Positions 1 through 10,633 of a stretch of 64,000 nt of DNA are shown piece by piece. Source of the DNA: Candidatus Poribacteria bacterium (GTDB lineage Bacteria > Poribacteria > WGA-4E > WGA-3G); contig CBDBFU010000024.1 in NCBI GenBank assembly GCA_965205025.1, positions 10,008 to 74,007 of the forward strand. The letters run 5' to 3'. The position numbers and the translations under genes are program-made. Positions within the stretch are counted from its first letter, which is position 1, and every line of letters begins with the position of its first letter. The notes beneath the pieces were generated by a model. The model was not told where the DNA came from, did not search any database, and saw only the letters and a list, made by a program, of their open reading frames with translations.

Positions 1-133
1 GGTGAAAAGTCATACCATATCTGATATGTCATGATAAATAAAAATATGCTATGATATAGTCAATCATATTTTGACAATTGTAAAACACTGCCAATTTAAT
101 ATGACCTATACCTATTAATAAGGATAGCATTAG

Positions 134-364
134 ATGAAAACTAAGAAATTACACCCTTTAGAACTTGAAGTAATGAAAACAGTCTGGAAACTTGATCGCG
201 CTACTGACTGATTTGCTTGAACGTCTCTTTGACAATTCAGCCGAAAAACCGCAAACACACTTCTTGAAGTTCGACAAACGAATTCTAATAAATTGAATCG
301 ATTACAACAATATATTATTGACTATCAACCGGTAGAAGAAGAAACCACCAGGAGAAACCAATGA
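134..364 (+). pseudogene. Degraded BlaI/MecI/CopY-family repressor
   Basis: ATG at 134 reads MKTKKLHPLELEVMKTVWKLDRAT (BlaI N-terminus), then stops at 211. Other frames give DLLERLFDNSAEK and LNRLQQYI (BlaI C-terminal helices), ending in an ATGA overlap with the next gene. The central HTH/wing is missing. Confidence 0.7.
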
Positions 365-2739
365 CTCAACAAATCCTACTTTCATTACTAAACTGTTTAT
401 GGAAATTGGGAATATTAGGGGGTTTAACATTGCTTATTACCAGACGTTTACGTACGAAACCTCGCTTTCTTTTCTTAGCAGCATTATATCTAATAATTGG
501 GATACCTATACTATCAATGGCACAGTTGATACCTTTGAAAACAATACCAGTATCACTTTTTGCTCAGACTTCTGAAGAAACAGAAAAGCCAAAAGATGAA
601 GCAAAAAATCAGAAGAGGCAGAAAGCGGAAACCGAGACTAAAGAAAAAAAAGAGTACAAAGATAGTTCGAAGATTGAAGTAAAAGATCCATCACTCTCTA
701 TTAGTTCTGCAGAAGAGAAGATTTTCTCAGGACCACAAGTAGGTGAAAAACTACCATCATTTAATGTTACTGGTATGTATGGAGAAATTGAAGGAGAAAC
801 ATTCGATATTACTTCAACAGACGGACAACCTCTCATTCTCTTCGTACAGGATGCCAATGGGGTTGGAATAAAAGGATTTAGTATGATCCTGGATTTGTTT
901 TTGACGATTGCTGATTACCAAAAACAACAAAATAGTAAATCTGAAGACTCCAATCAATCCCTTCAATTAGGTGTTGTGTTTCTTATAGACGATGTGGTTG
1001 ATCTTCCTGATTGGTCAGGTAAATTCCTTGAAAATTGGCTTGCTAAAGGAGTAATGGTGTGTATGTCTCCAGATGGCAGGGAAGGACCGGGTAGTTATGG
1101 GTTGAATCGGAATGTTGCCCAAACCATCTTAATTGCTAATGATGGAAAAGTAGTACACAATTTCGCATTCACACAGCCTATGCTCTACACAGATCCGTAT
1201 GTTTTGGGTGCTGTTTCACAGGCAATTGGCGTGGAACCGTCAACGATGGAAAAATGGTTGAATAAGAAATCAGCAAATCAAAAAATGAAGATGAATGCTG
1301 ATGAGAAATCTGCTGAATATTACGTATCAGAGATTAAAAAAGCATTGATGAACGGTAAGATTTCAAAGGAGGATGCAGTAATAAAGCTTGTAGATCTGGG
1401 AGTTAATCCAGAGAAAGCCGCAAGCATAATCAATCAAACCAAAGATACATCTCAGAAGCGTGATCCTTCTCCAGAGGAACAAATACGACGCGATAGAGAT
1501 CCCTCACCAGAAGAACGAATCAGACGCGATAGAAATCCTGAAGAAAGACAAATCGAACGGGAAGGAGACCGTGAAAGAGATCCTTCTCCAGAGGAACAAA
1601 TACGACGCGATAGAGATCCTTCTCCAGAAGAACAGATACGACGCGATAGAAGTCCTGAAGGGAGGCAAACCGAACGGGAAGGAAACCGTGATAAAGATCC
1701 TGCTATCTCTCCAGAATTGCTTGTTAGATTATTTGATAAAGACAAGGATGGAATGCTAAACGAAGAGGAAAGGATGACGGTTCAACGTCTGATGGACAGT
1801 CGCAAGAATCAAAATCGAAACCGCAGAAGGAAGGTAGAAGTTAAAGATCCTGATGAGTTTAAAAGAAATCGGGAAAATCTCATCTATTCTGGACCACAAC
1901 CATCTGAAAAACTACCTTCTTTAATGGCTACAGTTATAAATGGGGATGATGAAGGAAAGACCATTGATTTCATTGCAAAAGCAAATGGAAAATCACACAT
2001 TCTGGTCTTACAGGATGAAACACCTCTCGGTTTACGTGGATTAGTTGCTTTCACTCGTATATTGGAAGATATATCCCAAAAATCTAAACAGGAATTCCAG
2101 ATACAGGTAGTATTTTTGGGTGATTCACCAGAAGCATTATTTCAACAAGCAAAAAAGATAGTGCCACATATTCCAGAAAATATACTTCTCGGTATTTCTC
2201 CTGATGGTCGTGAAGGACCGGGTAGTTATGGTCTGAATCGTAACATGGCACAAACGGTAATTATTGCTAATAACGGAGTAGTGTTACACAACTTCCCTTT
2301 AACACAACCCATGCTATCTCCAGATCCGTATGTTCTTGGTGCCATTTGCGAGTTAATTGGAGAAAAGCCAGCTACATTGGAAAAGTGGTTAAACGCAGAG
2401 AATCCTATAATCAAAATTAAAAACCCTTCTGAGAAAGAAGAAAATGGTGTAATGCTCTTAAAGGGAACGTTTGCATTAAACGGAACTGTTGTGGACTTAG
2501 ATGAGACCGTTGTAAATTTTGATGGATTGCTTACATTCCTCCGTAGCTTGCCTGAAGTACCAGAATCTATGCTTATTATCGAAGCAGAACGAGAAGTATC
2601 ACATGAGCAAATCGTAAAGGTAATGGATATCGCAAAAGAAGCAGGTATTGATAAGATTGGATTTGCAATTAGAGAGGTTGAAGATAAAAGTATGGAGTCT
2701 GACAAAGCACAAGGACTACGTAACAAGGATTCCAATTAG
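361..2739 (+). CDS. Membrane-anchored multidomain protein: BlaR1-like TM N-terminus, two redoxin-like domains, charged repeats, EF-hand, C-terminal ExbD/TolR-like domain
   Basis: Two hydrophobic helices; duplicated SGPQ..EKLPS...SPDGREGPGSYGLNRN.AQT domain; DKDKDGMLNEEE EF-hand; IIEAEREVSHEQIVKVMDIAKEAGIDKIGF ExbD signature. Confidence 0.65.
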   Translation: MTQQILLSLLNCLWKLGILGGLTLLITRRLRTKPRFLFLAALYLIIGIPILSMAQLIPLKTIPVSLFAQTSEETEKPKDEAKNQKRQKAETETKEKKEYKDSSKIEVKDPSLSISSAEEKIFSGPQVGEKLPSFNVTGMYGEIEGETFDITSTDGQPLILFVQDANGVGIKGFSMILDLFLTIADYQKQQNSKSEDSNQSLQLGVVFLIDDVVDLPDWSGKFLENWLAKGVMVCMSPDGREGPGSYGLNRNVAQTILIANDGKVVHNFAFTQPMLYTDPYVLGAVSQAIGVEPSTMEKWLNKKSANQKMKMNADEKSAEYYVSEIKKALMNGKISKEDAVIKLVDLGVNPEKAASIINQTKDTSQKRDPSPEEQIRRDRDPSPEERIRRDRNPEERQIEREGDRERDPSPEEQIRRDRDPSPEEQIRRDRSPEGRQTEREGNRDKDPAISPELLVRLFDKDKDGMLNEEERMTVQRLMDSRKNQNRNRRRKVEVKDPDEFKRNRENLIYSGPQPSEKLPSLMATVINGDDEGKTIDFIAKANGKSHILVLQDETPLGLRGLVAFTRILEDISQKSKQEFQIQVVFLGDSPEALFQQAKKIVPHIPENILLGISPDGREGPGSYGLNRNMAQTVIIANNGVVLHNFPLTQPMLSPDPYVLGAICELIGEKPATLEKWLNAENPIIKIKNPSEKEENGVMLLKGTFALNGTVVDLDETVVNFDGLLTFLRSLPEVPESMLIIEAEREVSHEQIVKVMDIAKEAGIDKIGFAIREVEDKSMESDKAQGLRNKDSN
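1462..1700 (+). repeat. In-frame tandem repeat (36-bp units within a duplicated 117-bp unit) encoding RDPSPEEQIRRD
   Basis: GATCCTTCTCCAGAGGAACAAATACGACGCGATAGA-like units start at 1462, 1498, 1579 and 1615. The 117-bp period recurs at 1462, 1579 and 1696. Confidence 0.9.
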
Positions 2740-2759
2740 GTTATTAGAGGAGAAACATA

Positions 2760-4130
2760 ATGAACATTTCAAAACGATGTGATGGGATTAGCCGACGTGA
2801 TTTTTTACGCGTCGGTGGATTGTCAGCACTTGGATTAGGATTAGGTGATTTTTTCCATTTGCAACGTGCGATTGCAAGTAATAATACGCTAACACCATCA
2901 GCGAAATCTTGTATCCTAATATGGTTGGATGGAGGACCAAGTCATCTGGAAACATTTGATCCAAAACCAGATGCCCCACAAGAAGTCCGCGGTCCCTTGA
3001 GTACCATTGCCACCAATATCTCCGGTATACGGATAAATGAATGTTTGGAAAAGACAGCACAGATGATGGATAAGATTGCTATTATCCGTTCAATGACTTC
3101 CCCTCTTGGAGAACATAGTCTTGGTACACAATACCTCATGACAGGATACAAACCTACTCCCGCACTTGAGTATCCAACCTATGGTGCTACTGTCACCTAT
3201 GTCAGATCTCAATATAGTAAGGACGGTTCAGAGGATGCTCTATCTGTATTACCACCAAACATTGCTGTACCAAACTTCACAGGTGAAGTTTCGGGTAATG
3301 GATATTTACCATCCTCAACAACACCTTTTTCTGTGGTCGGTAATTCCGATAAAGAAAGAAGAGGGGACTTTAAGGTTCGAGATCTGGATTTCTATCAAGG
3401 TCTTGATATTGATAGACTCTCACGACGTAGGCAATTTGTCAACGCGCTCAATGAGTTTAGCAGTGCTAAAGATGCTGGTACAGAATCGGTATCGGATCCA
3501 GAATTGGAACGTGCCTACAATCTAATTACTTCTCCCGAAGCAAAGGGAGCATTCAATCTTTCTGAAGAACCTCGAGATGTTCGAAATCGATATGGGACAG
3601 GTGGAGTGAATGGAATTGGAAATAGTTGTTTACTTGCCCGAAGGTTGGTAGAACGCGGTGTACCATTTGTGACAGTCAACCATACCGGTTGGGACACACA
3701 TCAAAATATCTTCCAGTTGAAAGAACATTATCCTACTGATCGAAATGCACATTTACCTTCGCTTGATCGTGCATTAAGTACCCTGATTCAAGATCTTAGT
3801 GATCGGAGGATGTTGGATGAAACTCTGGTTATAGTCATGGGTGAGTTTGGTCGTACACCGAAAATTAACTCACAAGGTGGACGTGACCACTGGCCTAATG
3901 TATTTAGTGTGATATTGGCTGGCGGTGGTGTGCAGGGTGGACAAGTTGTCGGAAGTAGTGATTCACTTGGTGAGTTCCCAAAAGAACGTCCAGTGACACC
4001 TTCGGATCTGTCAGCGACAATCTATACGTTGCTCGGTATTGATCCAAGTTTGGAGCTTCATACGAGTGACGGTCGTCCAGTTCGCGTTGCCCCTGACGGT
4101 GCGAAGGTTGTCTCAGAATTATTCGTGTAA
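2760..4130 (+). CDS. DUF1501 family protein (Planctomycete type, Tat-like SRRDFL)
   Basis: SRRDFLRVG, WLDGGPSHLETFDPKP, CLLARRLVERGV, GWDTH, GEFGRTPKIN, GRDHW motifs. Confidence 0.9.
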   Translation: MNISKRCDGISRRDFLRVGGLSALGLGLGDFFHLQRAIASNNTLTPSAKSCILIWLDGGPSHLETFDPKPDAPQEVRGPLSTIATNISGIRINECLEKTAQMMDKIAIIRSMTSPLGEHSLGTQYLMTGYKPTPALEYPTYGATVTYVRSQYSKDGSEDALSVLPPNIAVPNFTGEVSGNGYLPSSTTPFSVVGNSDKERRGDFKVRDLDFYQGLDIDRLSRRRQFVNALNEFSSAKDAGTESVSDPELERAYNLITSPEAKGAFNLSEEPRDVRNRYGTGGVNGIGNSCLLARRLVERGVPFVTVNHTGWDTHQNIFQLKEHYPTDRNAHLPSLDRALSTLIQDLSDRRMLDETLVIVMGEFGRTPKINSQGGRDHWPNVFSVILAGGGVQGGQVVGSSDSLGEFPKERPVTPSDLSATIYTLLGIDPSLELHTSDGRPVRVAPDGAKVVSELFV

Positions 4131-4247
4131 GTCAATTTAATATGGGATAATTGATGTGTGGCAGATCGAACAACCGATGAGTAACAGTCAATCATCTAAC
4201 ATATAACATCAATCCACCTCTATTTCAAGAAACCCAAAGGTATATTT

Positions 4248-5585
4248 ATGAAACGTGTATCAACACCAATTCTAATTGTCTTATTTATTGGTGTGGCTAT
4301 CTTATCTTATTCTTTGTATGCTCAAGGAAGTAATGAAGAGAAGTATTGGAATCAGTTCCGTGGACCAGACGGAGATGGTAAAGCAATTGCGACCGACCTT
4401 CCCACCGAATTTAGTGAAACGGAAAACGTGCGTTGGAAAATACCGATACATGATCAAGGATATTCATCGCCAGTGGTTTGGGGAAATCAGATTTGGGTTA
4501 CAACTGCGCGTGAAGATGGGAAGGAACTGTTTGCAATCTGTGTTGACTTAGAGAGTGGTGACATAAAGCATGATATAAAAGTGTTTGATGTGGTAGAGCC
4601 GCAAATCGAACATCCTGGTCTTAACAGTCATGCTTCCCCTACTCCCATTGTGGAGGAAGGACGTATCTACGTACACTACGGCACTTATGGCACTGCATGT
4701 TTAGACACTAAAACTGGTGACATTCTTTGGGAACGCAGAAATTTAAATTGTGACCACCGAGTGCGACCAGCTTCATCACCAATTATTGATGAGAATCGGT
4801 TGTTCCTAACATTTGATGGCGTTGATGTTCAGTTTATCGCTGCATTAGATAAGAACAACGGAGACACTTTGTGGTTGAAACATCGAAAGGTTGATTCGAA
4901 TTTTGAGGAGGTCCTTAAGGCTAAAGGAATTAAGGATACTGAAAAAACGAAAAAGGAGAAACCGAATGATAATCGGAAATCATACGCGACACCTACAATT
5001 ATTACCTATCAAGGAAAGAAGCAGTTGATAAGTCCTGCTGCAGAGGTGACTATATCTTATGATCCGGCAACAGGGGATGAGTTGTGGCGTGTTCGCCATG
5101 AAGGATGGGGATGGAACGTTGCATGCAGACCGATTTTTGCCCATAACCGTGTCTATTTCACTATAGGTATAGAGAAAGTGTTATTAGCAGTTGATCCTTC
5201 TGGCACGGGTGATGTTACCGATACCCATATTGTTTGGAAAGTTCGTAAAGGTGCTCCTGAAATTCCGTCTCCGCTGATTATTGAGGACTTGATTTTTATG
5301 GTCAATGAGGGTGGGATTGTAATTTGTGTCGAGGCGGAAGCTGGGAATCCAGTGTGGAGAAGTCGTATCGGTGGGAAGTATTGGGCATCACCGGTATATG
5401 CTGATGGAAATATCTACTTTTTCAGCACTGATGGACGAGTTTCGATTATTTCTGCTGATCGCGAGTTTAAATTACTGGCACGGAACGAATTTTCTGATGG
5501 TTTCATTGCCTCTGGTGCTGTAGCCGGTAATACTCTCATCTTACGTTCTGAGACGCATCTATATTGTATTGAGGATAAGTCTTAA
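4248..5585 (+). CDS. Secreted PQQ-binding-like (BamB-like) beta-propeller protein
   Basis: Signal peptide, WNQFRGP, SSPVVWG, ASPTP, SYATP, ASPV motifs. Confidence 0.85.
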   Translation: MKRVSTPILIVLFIGVAILSYSLYAQGSNEEKYWNQFRGPDGDGKAIATDLPTEFSETENVRWKIPIHDQGYSSPVVWGNQIWVTTAREDGKELFAICVDLESGDIKHDIKVFDVVEPQIEHPGLNSHASPTPIVEEGRIYVHYGTYGTACLDTKTGDILWERRNLNCDHRVRPASSPIIDENRLFLTFDGVDVQFIAALDKNNGDTLWLKHRKVDSNFEEVLKAKGIKDTEKTKKEKPNDNRKSYATPTIITYQGKKQLISPAAEVTISYDPATGDELWRVRHEGWGWNVACRPIFAHNRVYFTIGIEKVLLAVDPSGTGDVTDTHIVWKVRKGAPEIPSPLIIEDLIFMVNEGGIVICVEAEAGNPVWRSRIGGKYWASPVYADGNIYFFSTDGRVSIISADREFKLLARNEFSDGFIASGAVAGNTLILRSETHLYCIEDKS

Positions 5586-5604
5586 CCCCTAAGGACTAAA
5601 CAGA

Positions 5605-7839
5605 ATGAAAACAAAACAGTTAATACAGATCATATCAATAATAGCAACAATCCTATCCGTGTATTGTCTAATACTACCAAATATATCCTATGCGGACGAA
5701 CAGTCATCTGAAATAGTATTATCTGAAGTAAACACTTCAGATTCCACGGATATTGTTGATTTTGAAAATGACTTAATCCCTATCTTTACCAAGTTCGGTT
5801 GTAATGCTGGAGCATGCCACGGTTCAGCTGCAGGTAGAGGAGAGTTAAATCTTTCACTCTTCGGAGGTAACCCACAAACCGACTATCAAGCAATAGTCCG
5901 ACAATTTTCAGGACGTAGGATTAACTTAATATATCCTGACGAAAGTCTTATTATATTAAAACCAACAGCACAAACTAAACATGGTGGTGGACAAGTCCTT
6001 AATGAAAATGAAGAAGCAGTGGAATTACTCCTTAGCTGGATCAAACAAGGGGCGCGTTTTGAAACACAACGTGAATTGGATCGTGTTGAAATAACTCCAA
6101 AAAAACAGATAATACAGGATCTTGAAAGTTCTATACAACTTCGGTCAATTGCTCATTTTTCTGATGGAACAACTAAGGATGTAACCCGATGGACAGTCTT
6201 TACACCTGAGGATACATCTGCTATTGAAATTGACACAAACACTTCTACCGCGAAAATGTTGCGTCCGGGTCGACATATTATTCTTGCACGTTATCTCACT
6301 GAAGTAGTGCCTATAGAATTCATCGCACCGTTGAATACTACTCCAATTGATAATATTTATTTAGATGAAACTTCATCTCAAATTGGTGACACGGTGATTG
6401 ATGGTGAAATTCTCAAATTACTTTCTACGTTAAGGTTACCTGTATCCCCTGCTGTCGGTGATGCAACCTTCCTGCGAAGGGTAACACTTGATCTAACAGG
6501 TCGTCTCCCAGTTTCAGACCAAGTAATTGCTTTTCTTGCAGACAAAGACACAACAAAACGAGAAACATGGGTTGGTACACTCCTCCAGTCTGAGGAATTC
6601 AGTCAATACTGGACATTACAGTTGGCGAAACTACTTCGGATTGGTGGACAGAATGGAAACTCACAAGGTACACTCGTATACCATAGGTGGCTTGAACAAC
6701 AGATTCAAGATGGTGTAGGGTATGACCAGATTGCACGATCTATTATTCTGTCAACAGGTGATTCACATCAAGTCGGTCCTGCGAATTTCTACCGTACGAA
6801 TAGAAGTGCAGGTGAACAAGCTGAATTCCTGAGTGAACTCTTCATGGGTGCACGTTTGCGCTGTGCCAATTGCCATAACCATCCACTTGATAAATGGACA
6901 CAGGATGACTACCATGGACTCACTGCAATCCTCGCGAAAATTGATGGAAATGAACAGGTTGTCAAGATAAAACCAAATGCAGAAATCATCCATCCTACTA
7001 CACGGGAAACAGCAATTCCTCGTATTCCAGGTGTCCAGTATTTGGCATCTGATGTGGATGGACGTGCTGAATTGGTGGACTGGTTAACAAATGTAGACAA
7101 CCCGTACTTTGCCAAAGCCTTTGTTAATCGCTTGTGGAAAACAATGATGGGACGCGGGTTAGTTGAACCTGTTGACGATTTCCGATCCACTAATCCTGCG
7201 ACACATCCGGAGTTGTTAACAGATTTGGCTAAAGACTTTGTGATCAACGGTTACGATTTACGTCACACACTCAAACGAATCGCTATGAGTGATGTATACG
7301 CTCGAAGTGCCACTACCCTCCCAGAAAATGTGAATGATGATCGTTTCTATTCACATGCCCTAATAAAACCTATTCCACCTGAAGTCTTGGCGGATGCCAT
7401 TTCAGATGTTCTTGATGTTCCAGATCTCTATGGTGATGAACCTGAAGGTACCCGTGCTGTTGCTTTAATTGATCCAGATACAGAGTCAGAATCACTTGAT
7501 ATCTTGGGAAGATGTGTCCGTGAATCCTCATGTGAAACGACAAACGCATTGACTGATGGACTTAAACGTAAACTTCACTTATTTAATGGTGAACTTCTCA
7601 ATGCACGTATCGGTGTGATTGGTGGTCGACTGGATAAATTAATCGAATCCAATAAATTACCGTTGGAGATTCTTGATGCATTCTATCTGGCTGCGTTGAG
7701 TAGATATCCTACAGAAAAAGAACGTGTATTTTGGAAGCAACATATTGACGTTTACGCATCTGCAGCATCCCAACAAAGCGTGTTTGAGGATATGGTGTGG
7801 AGTCTACTCACCTGCAACGAATTTGTAATGAACCATTAG
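5605..7839 (+). CDS. DUF1549/DUF1553 protein with Ig-like domain and heme-binding-like motifs
   Basis: GCNAGACHG, FLRRVTLDLTGRLP, CANCHNHP, NPYFAKAFVNRLW, GRGLVEPVDD, NPATHPELL. Confidence 0.9.
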   Translation: MKTKQLIQIISIIATILSVYCLILPNISYADEQSSEIVLSEVNTSDSTDIVDFENDLIPIFTKFGCNAGACHGSAAGRGELNLSLFGGNPQTDYQAIVRQFSGRRINLIYPDESLIILKPTAQTKHGGGQVLNENEEAVELLLSWIKQGARFETQRELDRVEITPKKQIIQDLESSIQLRSIAHFSDGTTKDVTRWTVFTPEDTSAIEIDTNTSTAKMLRPGRHIILARYLTEVVPIEFIAPLNTTPIDNIYLDETSSQIGDTVIDGEILKLLSTLRLPVSPAVGDATFLRRVTLDLTGRLPVSDQVIAFLADKDTTKRETWVGTLLQSEEFSQYWTLQLAKLLRIGGQNGNSQGTLVYHRWLEQQIQDGVGYDQIARSIILSTGDSHQVGPANFYRTNRSAGEQAEFLSELFMGARLRCANCHNHPLDKWTQDDYHGLTAILAKIDGNEQVVKIKPNAEIIHPTTRETAIPRIPGVQYLASDVDGRAELVDWLTNVDNPYFAKAFVNRLWKTMMGRGLVEPVDDFRSTNPATHPELLTDLAKDFVINGYDLRHTLKRIAMSDVYARSATTLPENVNDDRFYSHALIKPIPPEVLADAISDVLDVPDLYGDEPEGTRAVALIDPDTESESLDILGRCVRESSCETTNALTDGLKRKLHLFNGELLNARIGVIGGRLDKLIESNKLPLEILDAFYLAALSRYPTEKERVFWKQHIDVYASAASQQSVFEDMVWSLLTCNEFVMNH

Positions 7840-7858
7840 AAATATAGGTAATTATCTG

Positions 7859-9208
7859 ATGAAACTGAAATGTAAGTCATATTTCACACTGCTTTTTATG
7901 AGTAGTATTTGCATAATGATAGTTATCGGATCTTCATTATTTGCAGATACAAAAGTAAAAGCTGACTTTGAGAAACAGGTCTTACCTATTCTGCGAAATA
8001 GTTGTTTCAGTTGCCATAGTACATCGAAGGTTGATGGGAGTGCGTTGGTTAGTAAACCAAAGGGTGATGTCCAACTGGATAGTGTGAAGGGTATTGAGGA
8101 TAGCCAATATGGAGAAGTAATTGTCGCTGGTGAACCTGAGGACTCCTTACTTTATCAACGGATCACATTATCTGAAAACGACAATGGCATTATGCCACCA
8201 CCGGGTACAGGTAAACCTTTGACAAAACCAGAAACCGATCTTATCAGAAAATGGATTGATGAAGGAGCAAACTATGGTGATTGGGTAGGAAATCAAATTG
8301 AGCAAGCACATCAGACTGACGTAAGTTCTCACAATCCAATAGTAATGCCTCCGATCACTTCTCTCGCTTTTACAAACGATGGTAACCATGTTGTTGCAGG
8401 ATCACAAGTAGGATTACAGATCTATGAATGGTCCACACTTACTTTAAAGAGAACTATATCGGTGATCCCTCGTAATATCCATGATTTGGCTTTTTCACCT
8501 GATAATAAATGGTTGGCAGTGGGTGGTGGAAATCCTTCAACAGAAGGTATCATAGAAATTCTCTCTTGGCAAGAAGGTGTATCTTGCAATATCCTAAGAG
8601 GCCATCGTGATTCTGTTATGACTGTCACTTGGCGGGATGCGTCGTCCCTTGCCTCTGGAAGCATGGATCGTGACATTATTCTCTGGAATTTATTAGATGG
8701 TACAGAAATTCGCCGTTTTAAAGGACATTCTCGCGGGGTGTCCTCTCTTTGTTTCATGCAAGATAAAGAACTACTTATTAGTACGGGAATAGATCAGAAT
8801 GTCCGCGTATGGGATGTGACAACCGGTGAGTTAATCCGCAGTATGAACAACCATACACATACTGTTCATAACTTAGCACTCAGACCGAATGCAACAAGTC
8901 TTCCGATGATTGCTTCTGTCAGCGATGATCGCACAATACGGCTCTGGCAGCCGACTATTGGCAGAATGGTAAAATTCGCACGGCTCAACGTAGTGCCTTT
9001 AAACGTCGTATGGTTAAACGATGGATCTAAAGTTGTTGCTTCCTGTATTGACGGTAATATCCGGATGATTGATCCTGATTCAGTAGAAATCACTGATGAG
9101 ATTCTTGGCATTGATGGATGGGGCTACTCGTTGAATATTCATCCTACTGATAGTAGTATTGTTATCGGTGGAGAGAACGGACAGATCAAACGGATTGTAA
9201 TTAAATAG
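7859..9208 (+). CDS. Planctomycete cytochrome c domain + WD40 repeat protein
   Basis: DFEKQVLPIL..SCFSCH...MPP...WIDEGA followed by GH...WD repeats. Confidence 0.85.
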   Translation: MKLKCKSYFTLLFMSSICIMIVIGSSLFADTKVKADFEKQVLPILRNSCFSCHSTSKVDGSALVSKPKGDVQLDSVKGIEDSQYGEVIVAGEPEDSLLYQRITLSENDNGIMPPPGTGKPLTKPETDLIRKWIDEGANYGDWVGNQIEQAHQTDVSSHNPIVMPPITSLAFTNDGNHVVAGSQVGLQIYEWSTLTLKRTISVIPRNIHDLAFSPDNKWLAVGGGNPSTEGIIEILSWQEGVSCNILRGHRDSVMTVTWRDASSLASGSMDRDIILWNLLDGTEIRRFKGHSRGVSSLCFMQDKELLISTGIDQNVRVWDVTTGELIRSMNNHTHTVHNLALRPNATSLPMIASVSDDRTIRLWQPTIGRMVKFARLNVVPLNVVWLNDGSKVVASCIDGNIRMIDPDSVEITDEILGIDGWGYSLNIHPTDSSIVIGGENGQIKRIVIK

Positions 9209-9266
9209 ATAATCTCATATTGATATATTCCTTCTAAGACAATACCCATTAGATTATCAGAATCCT

Positions 9267-9305
9267 AAACACTGCATGAGAAAACATGTGGTGTTTTATT
9301 TTTTT
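9267..9305 (+). terminator. Probable intrinsic terminator
   Basis: AAACACTGCATG-AGAAAA-CATGTGGTGTTT stem followed by a T tract, after the cluster's last gene. Confidence 0.55.
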
Positions 9306-9487
9306 ATTTGATTGGAATCCAACAATATCAAACTTGGACTTCACATTTAGAAACCTATTTTGATTTAATCACGTGTTAAATATAGTGAATATTACACTCG
9401 TGCTATGTCAGTTAGGTTGGGTAGTAATTATTGATACCAAATTGAAACACATCACATTTACCTTTAACCTAAAACTGAACTTAATTC

Positions 9488-9610
9488 TAACATGAGTTTG
9501 AAAAATCAGATTCTTATGCTTCCGTGCGGTTAGAAACCGCACCTACCAGGTCAAAGAGAGTCTTATTCTTGTAAAATAAAGTTTATTCACCTATTATCAA
9601 ACTCACGTTA
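9488..9610. mobile_element. MITE type B carrying a REP hairpin
   Basis: Ends TAACATGAGTTTGA...TCAAACTCACGTTA; 4-bp direct repeat ATTC on both flanks; internal GTGCGGTTAGAAACCGCACCTAC. Confidence 0.75.
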
Positions 9611-9647
9611 ATTCAGGATGAATATACATACTTATGGAGAACTATTA

Positions 9648-10460
9648 ATGCAGAAGTATCTATGGATAGTGATGATTCCTATCATTTGTTGTTTAACATC
9701 ATTTATAGGTTGCACTAAAGTCCAAAAAGAACAAACATCTGTTGCGTCGAATGAATTGCAATCAGAACAACCGGATGTACTGATTTATACAGGCAGTACT
9801 TCTTGGATTACTTATGAACATGCATCAGAAGAAGCAGAGAATACAAAGAATCTTTTGAAAGCCAATGGAATCCGAGTGGAAATTACCGAAAGTGAGGAAG
9901 ATCTTAAGAAGTGGATGTCTGAAACAACAGCAAATGGTGTGGTAAATGTCTGCGTCCTTTATGGTGTCTTGCCTACTACAATATATGCGGTTGGAAATAC
10001 ACAGTCAGAAGGATCTATCGCCGAATTGTGGATTGAATCAACGGACGGTGATACGATTTTGAATCAAGCGGATTATTTAGGATATTACAGTTCGGATGGC
10101 ACTGCTAACAACAAAGCACCTCTACAAAACCTTATGGATCTTCCCAAACTGGATATTAATGTAGAGTATTTTGAAGAGCTGCCTATGTATCTCACCGAAC
10201 ACGGTAAATCTCTAACACCGAGTTTAGTGATGTTTAAATCTGACAGACCATTTCCCTTAGAACAACTTGGTGGTGAGTGGTATCCTGAAAAGATTTTTGC
10301 CAGCGATACTGGGGACACACAGTCAAAATCGGCAGATCCACTAATTCTCAAAGATGGGAATCGAGGTAGACTTGCGATGGTTCACCAAACACATCATAAA
10401 CATAATCCGAAAGGTGTTGTTGCAGCGGAGATAATCATCAATTATCTCTTGGCAGAATAG
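9648..10460 (+). CDS. Lipoprotein of unknown function (paralog 1)
   Basis: GGAG RBS before ATG 9648; lipobox-like SFIGC; strong similarity to 10634..11458. Confidence 0.75.
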   Translation: MQKYLWIVMIPIICCLTSFIGCTKVQKEQTSVASNELQSEQPDVLIYTGSTSWITYEHASEEAENTKNLLKANGIRVEITESEEDLKKWMSETTANGVVNVCVLYGVLPTTIYAVGNTQSEGSIAELWIESTDGDTILNQADYLGYYSSDGTANNKAPLQNLMDLPKLDINVEYFEELPMYLTEHGKSLTPSLVMFKSDRPFPLEQLGGEWYPEKIFASDTGDTQSKSADPLILKDGNRGRLAMVHQTHHKHNPKGVVAAEIIINYLLAE

Positions 10461-10480
10461 TCTTTGTGTGTATCGGTTAT

Positions 10481-10601
10481 AATACCCTTTCTATAAATGT
10501 CTATCCCATGAAAAGTAATTAAGCAGCGTGTCTTGAAATACCGCACAAACCGGAAGTTTATGCTACACTAAAGAGACTTTAACTATAAGAACTGGTATTA
10601 G
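10481..10601 (+). mobile_element. MITE type A (IS630-like ends) with REP hairpin
   Basis: ATACC(C)TTTCTATAA...GAACTGGTATTAG ends with internal GCACAAACCGGAAGTTTATGCTAC. Similar copies at 39844, 42709, 45358, 48612 and 55451. Confidence 0.75.
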
Positions 10602-10633
10602 TTGATATTCGTTATATTTCAGGAGAATTATAA

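Noticed and set aside
1462-1700. CRISPR-like 36-bp repeats
   Set aside because: The repeats are contiguous and in-frame coding, with no unique spacers and no cas genes.
9403-9483. Possible additional MITE (CTATGTCAGTTAGG...CCTAAAACTGAAC)
   Set aside because: The inverted repeats are too degenerate and no full second copy was seen.
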